A program made the translations under genes and the position numbers. A model generated the notes under the pieces. That model worked only from the letters and a program-made list of their open reading frames with translations. It searched no databases and was not told the origin of the DNA. Shown piece by piece: positions 7,449 through 13,733 of a stretch of 13,733 nucleotides of DNA. The DNA lies in NCBI GenBank assembly GCA_028700115.1, contig JAQVTI010000016.1, positions 1 to 13,733 of the forward strand. Direction: 5' to 3'. Each line of letters opens with the position of its first letter. The stretch's first letter is position 1. The stretch is from Candidatus Iainarchaeum sp. (GTDB lineage Archaea; Iainarchaeota; Iainarchaeia; Iainarchaeales; CSSED10-239).

Positions 7449-8154
7449 TCCATATAATTATTGAAAAATTTGTATAAACTTTTTTAATCATCCAAATTAT
7501 TCCAAATATGATTTCTTTAAAAAAATTAATTGTATATGTTCCAATATTTTTAGGATCCTTAAGGTCTTCTAACATTTCAGAAAATAGTTCTTTATTTGTT
7601 TTTTTTCTATCAATAATTTTATCTAGGTCATTAACTTTTCCTTCAATTGCATCTAATTTTATTTTTATATTTTTTATTTCTTTTGTATTTAGTTCTGTTT
7701 TCCAATTTGGAACATATATAGTTTCTATTCCACTAAGAGATATTGTATTTTTTTCTGTAAGATATTTTGAAATTAAATATTTGATTATACTTTGTTCTGC
7801 GCATTCTTCTTTTATTACTGGTTTTTTAATAATTATATTTGTTTTTTCTGTTTTTGGGACATTTAGTTCTTCATATATTTTTGGTTTTGCATATTTAAAT
7901 AGTTCAATAACTTTTTCATTTATAGAGTTATTTACAAGATTAATTGCAATTTGTCCTCTAATATGTTCAAATGAATTATTATTTTTTAAAATATCATAAA
8001 AACAGAATAAGTAAGGGGTAATTTTTAAATAAATGGCTTGTTTTTTTATATCAATGTTTTTATAGCCTTTTTTTTTAAGGCTATTTTTTAAAACATCAAT
8101 TACTTCTTTTGGTCCAATTTTTATTGGAAATCTTTTTTTATTTTCTAAATCCAT
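7408..8154 (-). CDS. Hypothetical protein with C-terminal transmembrane segment(s), encoded directly downstream of SepF
   Basis: ORF of 248 aa; C-terminal 'TINFFKEIIFGIIWMIKKVYTNFSIIIWIIAVTLIIYVLFL' predicts TM helix or helices. It lies 7 bp downstream of the sepF stop and overlaps the 3' end of the dus gene by 41 bp in antisense. Confidence 0.75.
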   Translation of the reverse strand: MDLENKKRFPIKIGPKEVIDVLKNSLKKKGYKNIDIKKQAIYLKITPYLFCFYDILKNNNSFEHIRGQIAINLVNNSINEKVIELFKYAKPKIYEELNVPKTEKTNIIIKKPVIKEECAEQSIIKYLISKYLTEKNTISLSGIETIYVPNWKTELNTKEIKNIKIKLDAIEGKVNDLDKIIDRKKTNKELFSEMLEDLKDPKNIGTYTINFFKEIIFGIIWMIKKVYTNFSIIIWIIAVTLIIYVLFL

Positions 8155-8161
8155 TTATGAT

Positions 8162-8512
8162 TTACTTATTAATTTTTTTTATTATTTTTACTTTTTCAGG
8201 AACTAATAATAATTTTGTTTTAGACATCATTGCTAAATCTCCACCTTTATCATCAATATATATTTTTAATTGACTTATAAATTGTTTTGCTTTTTGTGGA
8301 TTTCTTTTAGATATTCCATCTATATCTAAAATTACTATGTTTTTTTGTGCAAGTTCTCTGATTGTCATTTCAATTTCTACATTTGATTGTAAATTTATTG
8401 GTTTTACATAAAAATCGATTTCTTCAGGTTCTTCTTCTACATCCATATTATTTAAGAAATCATCAATATCAATTTCTTCTTTTTTTGTAAACATTTTTTC
8501 AAAAATAGCCAT
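8162..8512 (-). CDS. sepF: SepF-like cell division protein (DUF552)
   Basis: 'DFYVKPINLQSNVEIEMTIRELAQKNIVILDIDGISKRNPQKAKQFISQLKIYIDDKGGDLAMMSKTKLLLVPEKVKI' matches archaeal SepF. The ORF track starts at TTG 8527. ATG 8512 (MAIFEKMF) is preceded by GAGGTGGGGAAAA and is the preferred start; it also gives the amphipathic membrane-targeting N-terminus. Confidence 0.88.
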   Translation of the reverse strand: MAIFEKMFTKKEEIDIDDFLNNMDVEEEPEEIDFYVKPINLQSNVEIEMTIRELAQKNIVILDIDGISKRNPQKAKQFISQLKIYIDDKGGDLAMMSKTKLLLVPEKVKIIKKINK

Positions 8513-8713
8513 TTTTCCCCACCTCAAAATTGAATAAATTTATTTTAAATATTATTTTATTATATTATTATGTAACAAAATATTTAAAAAGATAGATATA
8601 TTTTTTTATAACATTTTTTCATATTTTTTTTAAAATCATTCTTTTTATATATTTATTTATACTTAATATAATTATATTTAAAGTATAGTTCTTTATTTAA
8701 ATAGTGTGTTTTT

Positions 8714-9883
8714 ATGCAGAGATATTTAGTAATTCATTATAATGAAATTGGTCTTAAGGGAAAAAACAGACCTTTTTTTGAAAAAAAACTAGAATATAAT
8801 ATTAATAGATTACTTTTTAAGGATCTTGATAAAATTCAAAGAAGATATGGTTTGATTTATTGTAAATTAAAAGATTCTTTTGTTTTAGACAACTATTTAT
8901 TTTTTTTAGAAAATTTTCCAGGTATTTCAAAGTCATATCTTTCCGTTGTTGCTAATTATGATGTAGAAGATATCAAAGAAAAGGCATTATTTTTAATTAA
9001 TGAAAAATTATTACATTCAAATTTTATTTCTTTTAAAATAAATTCTAAAAGGAGTTTTAAGTCTTTTAAATATACTTCTTTAGATTTAAATATTATTATT
9101 GGAAAATATATTGAAGAAAAAACAAATCTTTGTGCAGATTTAAAAAATCCTCAAATTATTTTAAAAATTGAAGTTGGTGAAAAAGAAATATTTATTTCTT
9201 TAGATGAAATTAAAGGTATAGGTGGACTTCCAATAGGTACTACGGGAAAAGTAATTAGTTCTCTTTCTGGAGGAATTGATAGTCCAGTAGCATCTTTTGA
9301 GGTTTTAAAAAGAGGTTGTGAAGTTATTTTTGTTCATATTTATAATAATACTTTAGTTAAAGGCGAGATTATTAATAAAATTAAAAAAATAGTTTTTCAA
9401 TTAAATAATTTTCAACAAAAATCAAAATTATATATTGTTCCTTTTTCTGAAATTCAAAAAAATATAATTTCTTTTATTCCTTGTGATTATAGAATGATAA
9501 TATATAGAAGATATATGTTAAAGTTAATGGAACATATTGCATTAAAAGAAAATGCAAAAGCAATTGTAACTGGTGATTCATTAGGTCAAGTTGCTTCACA
9601 GACATTAGATAATTTAGGAAATATTTTTTCTTCTATTAATATGCCTATTATTTCTCCATTAATTACTTTTAATAAAGATGAAATTGTTAAAATTTCTAAA
9701 AAAATTAAAACTTTTGAGATATCTATTATCCCATATCCAGATTGTTGTTCTTTTATGATTTCTAATCATCCCCAAACAAAAGCACGGCTGGAAGATATTT
9801 TAAAATTTGAAGATATAATAAAATCTAAAGAAGCTTTATTAATTTCTAATGCAATTTCTTCTTCAGAAGTTTTTGTTTTTTGA
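8714..9883 (+). CDS. thiI: ThiI-like tRNA sulfurtransferase / thiamine biosynthesis protein (no rhodanese domain)
   Basis: N-terminal 'HYNEIGLKGKNRPFFEKKL', THUMP-like region, 'GLPIGTTGKVISSLSGGIDSPVASFEVLKRGCEVIFVHI' PP-loop and 'AIVTGDSLGQVASQTLDNL'. The C-terminus ends without a rhodanese-like extension. Confidence 0.93.
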   Translation: MQRYLVIHYNEIGLKGKNRPFFEKKLEYNINRLLFKDLDKIQRRYGLIYCKLKDSFVLDNYLFFLENFPGISKSYLSVVANYDVEDIKEKALFLINEKLLHSNFISFKINSKRSFKSFKYTSLDLNIIIGKYIEEKTNLCADLKNPQIILKIEVGEKEIFISLDEIKGIGGLPIGTTGKVISSLSGGIDSPVASFEVLKRGCEVIFVHIYNNTLVKGEIINKIKKIVFQLNNFQQKSKLYIVPFSEIQKNIISFIPCDYRMIIYRRYMLKLMEHIALKENAKAIVTGDSLGQVASQTLDNLGNIFSSINMPIISPLITFNKDEIVKISKKIKTFEISIIPYPDCCSFMISNHPQTKARLEDILKFEDIIKSKEALLISNAISSSEVFVF

Positions 9884-9921
9884 TATTAATTTTAATTTTT
9901 TTTGTTTTTTAAATAAGTAAG

Positions 9922-9930
9922 TTATAAAAA
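9922..9930 (+). promoter_or_regulatory. Putative TATA box of the orc1/cdc6 gene (possibly leaderless)
   Basis: TTATAAAAA lies ~26-34 nt upstream of the ATG at 9956, with no clear SD between. Confidence 0.4.
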
Positions 9931-9955
9931 ACCTTTTTAAGTAAAATATATTATT

Positions 9956-11167
9956 ATGGCTGATAATATTTTTTATGAATTTTTAAATCAAGATTCTGTT
10001 TTTATAGATAAAAATAAGATTTCCCCACATTATACTCCAGACAAGCTTCCTTTTAGAGATGATCAAATAAAAGATTTATCTATGTGGCTTTCTCCTGCTT
10101 TAAAATCTCAAAAACCACATAATGTTTTTATTTATGGTAAGGTAGGTACAGGTAAAACTTCTGTTGTAAGGCATGTTGTTAATCAATTAGATCAGATTTC
10201 TATTGAAAACAAATTTCCTCTTTATCCAGTTTATTTAAATTGTAGAAATTATCAAACAAAATATGCTGTTTTATTTTATTGTGTTCAGTTATTTTATCCT
10301 GATAAAAATTTTATTGGTTATTCAAGATCTTTTATTTATGATAAGTTTTTAACATTTATTAAGGATAATAAATTAAATTTTTTAATAATTTTAGATGAAA
10401 TTGATAAAATTAAAGATAAAGAAATTGACGATATAATTTATACTCTTACTAGAAGTAATGATGAGTTATTAGTTGGTTCTGTTTCAATGATTGGGATTTC
10501 AAATAATCTTTTTTTTAAATCTAGACTAGATCCTAGAACTAAAAGTTCATTATGTGAACAAGAAGCTGTATACCCTCCATATAATGCACAAGAACTTAGA
10601 GAAATATTAACTCAAAGAGTAAATGTTGCATTTAAACCAGGGGTTGTAACTTCTTCTGCAATTAATTCTGCAGCAGCTTTTGCTGCAAAAGAATCTGGAG
10701 ATGCAAGAACTGCAGTTATGTTTCTTTTAAAGGCTGGTGAAATTTCTGATAGAGATAAATTAAAACAAGTAACAGATGTAGAAGTTTTAAAAGCTAAGGA
10801 AAAAGTAGAACAAGAAGTTATTAAAAGTATGGTTTTAACTTTACCTGTTCAGTTACAATTAGTTTTGTTAGCAATAACTCATAAATCAGATAATCCAAAA
10901 GGAATATTAAAAATAGATGGTTCTTTTGAAGAAAATGTTTTATATTCTGGAGAAATTTATGAAATGTATTCTTTATTAGCAGAAAAGTATGATGAAAAAC
11001 CTGTTTCTATGAGATGGTTTAGAGAATATATTACAGAACTTGAAACATATGGTTTTATTACAACTATGCAATCTGGAAAAGGTGTTAAAGGTAATACTAC
11101 TTTAATAAAATTAGGTGTTGATTCTAAAACTATTCAAAATTTATTATTAAAAGAGTTTGAGGCTTAA
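9956..11167 (+). CDS. cdc6: Orc1/Cdc6-type replication initiator AAA+ ATPase
   Basis: 'LPFRDDQIKDLSMWLSPAL', Walker A 'IYGKVGTGKTS', 'YLNCRNYQTKYAV', Walker B 'LLIILDEIDKI', sensor 'VSMIGISNNLFFKSRLDPRTKSSLCEQEAVYPPYNAQELREILTQRV' and a C-terminal winged-helix region. Confidence 0.96.
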   Translation: MADNIFYEFLNQDSVFIDKNKISPHYTPDKLPFRDDQIKDLSMWLSPALKSQKPHNVFIYGKVGTGKTSVVRHVVNQLDQISIENKFPLYPVYLNCRNYQTKYAVLFYCVQLFYPDKNFIGYSRSFIYDKFLTFIKDNKLNFLIILDEIDKIKDKEIDDIIYTLTRSNDELLVGSVSMIGISNNLFFKSRLDPRTKSSLCEQEAVYPPYNAQELREILTQRVNVAFKPGVVTSSAINSAAAFAAKESGDARTAVMFLLKAGEISDRDKLKQVTDVEVLKAKEKVEQEVIKSMVLTLPVQLQLVLLAITHKSDNPKGILKIDGSFEENVLYSGEIYEMYSLLAEKYDEKPVSMRWFREYITELETYGFITTMQSGKGVKGNTTLIKLGVDSKTIQNLLLKEFEA

Positions 11168-11187
11168 TTTTTTATTTTAAAAATAAT

Positions 11188-11895
11188 TTATCCAAATAAT
11201 GTTAATTTTAAATATCCAATATATGGTATTTTTCCAATTTTTTTACCAATAAGTCTTTCTATGTTTACGGGATATACATTTAGGCATGGTTTTCTAATAG
11301 TTTGTGTATTTATATCTATTTCACAGTCTTGATCAATTAATTTATTTGTTTCTTGGTTATCTCCTTTTGTAATAACAAATGTACCATCATTTGCTTCTAT
11401 TATTAAAATTATTCTGTGAATTATTGCTTTTCCATTTATATTTGATTTATAAACTACAACATCATATTTATTTTTTATAGCATCTTCTACAAGATATATT
11501 TCTTCATTTATTTTTAATGATTTTACTTCTAATGTTTGATTTTCATATATATATTCTATTTCTGCAAATTCCGCTAAATCTTTATAAGTTATATTATCAT
11601 TTATTTTTACTTTTTGTGCATGTAGATTTTTTGCTCCTGATAAAATTACTATGTCTCCTCTATAAAAAGATGGTTCCATAGATCCAGATACAACTGTTGC
11701 AAAAGGAAGTGTTGTTGCAAGAATTAGTCCTGCTAGTTTATAAATTATAAATGCAAGAATAAATGAATATAATAAATATACAATCCAATATATTATTTTT
11801 ATTTTTAGTTTTTTAGGTTCCCCAAAGTGTTTTAATAAAAATATATCTATATATGTATAAGGGTCTATATATTTTAAATATTTTTTTAGATTCAT
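11188..11895 (-). CDS. Type I signal peptidase, archaeal/Sec11 type
   Basis: 'PFATVVSGSMEPSFYRGDIVIL' (Ser box), 'GKAIIHRIILI' (His box), 'FVITKGDNQETNKLIDQ' (Asp box), plus N-terminal and C-terminal TM segments. Confidence 0.93.
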   Translation of the reverse strand: MNLKKYLKYIDPYTYIDIFLLKHFGEPKKLKIKIIYWIVYLLYSFILAFIIYKLAGLILATTLPFATVVSGSMEPSFYRGDIVILSGAKNLHAQKVKINDNITYKDLAEFAEIEYIYENQTLEVKSLKINEEIYLVEDAIKNKYDVVVYKSNINGKAIIHRIILIIEANDGTFVITKGDNQETNKLIDQDCEIDINTQTIRKPCLNVYPVNIERLIGKKIGKIPYIGYLKLTLFG

Positions 11896-11896
11896 T

Positions 11897-12181
11897 TTAT
11901 TCTTTTTTTGAAATTGCTTTTTCTAATTGATCTAATATATTTTCTAGGTTTTTTTCTGCTTCTTCGATATAATTTAATAATAAGTCTTTTGCATTACCTG
12001 TTTTTACTTTCATATAAAAATTAAATTCTGGTTTTAAATGATCTGCTTTTTTAATTGCAACAAATTCTACTTCTTTTTGATTGTTTGCAATTTCTTCTAT
12101 TAATTTATAGATTGCAATATCTTCTTCTTTTATAGTTAATTCTATTTCTTCTTTTGATATGTTATTTATTTCAATTTCCAT
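11897..12181 (-). CDS. rpo11: DNA-directed RNA polymerase subunit Rpo11 (RpoL)
   Basis: 'VEFVAIKKADHLKPEFNFYMKVKTGNAKDLLLNYIEEAEKNLENILDQLEKA', typical of the RpoL/Rpb11 dimerisation fold; 1 bp from the signal peptidase gene. Confidence 0.88.
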   Translation of the reverse strand: MEIEINNISKEEIELTIKEEDIAIYKLIEEIANNQKEVEFVAIKKADHLKPEFNFYMKVKTGNAKDLLLNYIEEAEKNLENILDQLEKAISKKE

Positions 12182-12188
12182 ATTTTAT

Positions 12189-12602
12189 TCACATTTTACC
12201 TACTTTTCTTGGTTGTAAAGTTTTACAATATAAACATTTTATTTGAGTTGTATTTAAATTTAGTGGTTTTTTACATTTAAAACAATTTGCTTTTACTACG
12301 CCTAATCCATCATTATTTGTTGTAACTTTATATCCATATTTATCTTTTTCTGTTATTAATACTTTTACAATATCATCTTTTTTAATTAAATCACTTGCTT
12401 TTTCAACATATTCATTTGTAATATTGCTTACAAATAAAATTGCAGTTGTACTTGGTGTTAATACTTGATTTTTATTTGTAGTTTGTAGTTCAATTATTGC
12501 AATTTTATCAGTTACATTTAATACTTTTCCAAAAACAATATCTCCTTCTTTAATAATTTTTTTTTTTGGAATATTTTCTATAATTTTTTTTTCTTGGTTC
12601 AA
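12189..12602 (-). CDS. csl4: Exosome RNA-binding subunit Csl4
   Basis: S1-like 'IIKEGDIVFGKVLNVTDKIAIIEL' plus C-terminal zinc ribbon 'CFKCKKPLNLNTTQIKCLYCKTLQPRKVGKM'. TTG start; 7 bp upstream of rpo11. Confidence 0.88.
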   Translation of the reverse strand: MNQEKKIIENIPKKKIIKEGDIVFGKVLNVTDKIAIIELQTTNKNQVLTPSTTAILFVSNITNEYVEKASDLIKKDDIVKVLITEKDKYGYKVTTNNDGLGVVKANCFKCKKPLNLNTTQIKCLYCKTLQPRKVGKM

Positions 12603-12688
12603 ATAATATCACATATTTTTACTTTTTATATTTTTTAAATTAGATTTAATAAAATAAGTTTTTAATATATTATTTATAATTGGAAATA

Positions 12689-12696
12689 TTTATATA
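12689..12696 (+). promoter_or_regulatory. Putative archaeal TATA box of the SpoIIM-family gene
   Basis: TTTATATA, 32-39 nt upstream of ATG 12728, in the divergent intergenic region with csl4. Confidence 0.45.
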
Positions 12697-12727
12697 GAGT
12701 TTCTTTATAATAATTATTTGATAAACT

Positions 12728-13585
12728 ATGGTTTTAGAATTAATTACAAATTTTTCAAGATTAAGGCATAGACCTTTTTTAATGTTTTTTGAAGCATTTT
12801 TTATAACTATTATTTCTGTTATTTTTTCTACTTTGCTTTTTCCAAAAGAATTTTGTTCTATTGGTATTCTTGCTTTTATAACTATTGGTATTTTACCTTT
12901 ATTTAATAAACTTTATTCTTATGATTCTTATATTTATAGTTTTAATAGATCTTTTTTTAAAAGGCATGAAAAAATAATTAAATTATTATTTTATTTTTTT
13001 TTAGGTGTTTTTTTAGCATTAGTTTTAATTTTTTTTATATCTTCCCCTCAAATTAAAGAAAAAATGTTTTATACTCAAATTACTGAAGTTTCAGAAATTT
13101 CTGAAATTAGAGCACAAATAACTGGAGATTTTAATTTTAATTCAGTTTCTTCTTTTCAAAAAGCTTTTATAGAGATTTCAAAAAATAATTTAGGAGTAAT
13201 GTTTACTGCGATTTCTTTATCTTTTTTTTATGGGGCAGGAGGTTTATTTTTAATTGTTTGGAATGCATCTATTCTTTCCTTTGTAGTTATTCAAGATATT
13301 CTTTTATCTTTTGCTTCTGTATCGCAAACTGGTATTTTATATTTTTTAAAGGGTATTTTTTATTCTTTTATTAATTTTTTAGGATATTTACCTCATGGTA
13401 TTTTTGAATTTTTAGCATATTTTTTTGCATCTGTTGCAGGTGCTATTTTTGCAAGAGATTTATTTAAAGGTATTTTTTCTACAGAGTTTGCAGGTATTGC
13501 ATTAAAGGATTTTTTATTAATGATTATAATTGCTTTAATTTCTTATTTTTTAGGAGTTTTAATTGAATCTTTGTATTTTTTATAG
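12728..13585 (+). CDS. SpoIIM-family (stage II sporulation protein M-like, DUF95) integral membrane protein
   Basis: Multi-TM with 'SSVSSFQKAFIEISKNNLGVMFTAISLSFFYGAGGLFLIVWNASILSFVV' and 'FINFLGYLPHGIFEFLAYFFASVAGAIFARDLF', characteristic of archaeal SpoIIM homologues. Confidence 0.88.
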   Translation: MVLELITNFSRLRHRPFLMFFEAFFITIISVIFSTLLFPKEFCSIGILAFITIGILPLFNKLYSYDSYIYSFNRSFFKRHEKIIKLLFYFFLGVFLALVLIFFISSPQIKEKMFYTQITEVSEISEIRAQITGDFNFNSVSSFQKAFIEISKNNLGVMFTAISLSFFYGAGGLFLIVWNASILSFVVIQDILLSFASVSQTGILYFLKGIFYSFINFLGYLPHGIFEFLAYFFASVAGAIFARDLFKGIFSTEFAGIALKDFLLMIIIALISYFLGVLIESLYFL

Positions 13586-13590
13586 TTTTT

Positions 13591-13632
13591 TTTAAATACC
13601 CTTAACCCATACCTATTTAAATCTTTTTTTTA
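13591..13632. terminator. Inverted repeat with flanking T tract, candidate transcription terminator
   Basis: Perfect 8-bp arms TTTAAATA (13591-13598) / TATTTAAA (13614-13621) around a 15-nt C-rich spacer, just 3' of the SpoIIM stop. It is followed on the + strand by TCTTTTTTTTT and preceded by a T-run. Confidence 0.3.
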
Positions 13633-13635
13633 ATA

Positions 13636-13733
13636 TTATTTTTGATAACTTATGTTTTTAAACTTTTTACCCTTTTCAAAATCCAAATCTATAAGTCCAT
13701 TGATCGCAACCGTTTTAATAATTTTAATATCTT
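13636..13733 (-). CDS. Possible C-terminal fragment of a CDS truncated by the right window edge
   Basis: The minus strand frame is open from the edge to TAA at 13636-13638: DIKIIKTVAINGLIDLDFEKGKKFKNISYQK*. Only ~31 codons, so support is weak. Confidence 0.3.
   Translation of the reverse strand, partial: DIKIIKTVAINGLIDLDFEKGKKFKNISYQK

Noticed and set aside
7508-7999. + strand ORF of 163 aa resembling a membrane protein
   Set aside because: Antisense to the 248-aa SepF-linked gene; Ser/Phe richness is a shadow artefact.
8513-8527. TTG start at 8527 for SepF
   Set aside because: The codons MRWGK overlap the GAGGTG ribosome-binding-like sequence; ATG 8512 gives the expected SepF N-terminus.
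1-13733. CRISPR arrays, tRNA/rRNA genes, transposases, toxin-antitoxin or phage modules
   Set aside because: No regularly spaced repeats, no tRNA-like T-loop/cloverleaf or rRNA motifs, and no transposase/integrase motifs were seen on either strand by eye. A computational scan (tRNAscan-SE, Infernal) would be needed for certainty.
261-13733. A DGR template repeat or reverse transcriptase within the window
   Set aside because: No second GC-rich, AAC/AAT-rich copy of 155-257 and no RT-like (YxDD) ORF could be found; if present they lie outside the window.

Overview
The window is a very AT-rich (roughly 20% GC) archaeal chromosomal segment with short genes and tight spacing. The gene content points to a DPANN-like archaeon (Woesearchaeota, Pacearchaeota or Nanoarchaeota type); this lineage call is inference. 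Most of the window is housekeeping: eS1, uS15, Bud32, archaeal NAC, a Dus-family enzyme, SepF, ThiI-like, Orc1/Cdc6, Sec11-type signal peptidase, Rpo11, Csl4, a DUF92/VTE6-like membrane protein and a SpoIIM-family protein. Several lineage-type unknowns are also present. The most interesting part is the left edge. A 5'-truncated ORF ends in an FGE-sulfatase/C-type-lectin-like domain (...GGGWSDGSYAGV...GPSFRNYRIGFRCVVVP). Its last ~140 bp are ~48-50% GC and unusually adenine-poor, and many residues at typical Asn positions are encoded by codons reachable from AAC/AAT by A->N changes. This is the hallmark expected of a diversity-generating retroelement (DGR) variable region. No reverse transcriptase or template repeat is visible in the window. 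Convergent to it is a minimal exosortase/archaeosortase-like protein with candidate Cys/Arg/His catalytic residues. I see no CRISPR array, tRNA, rRNA or transposase. I do not see a convincing complete new system inside this window; the best lead extends off the left edge.
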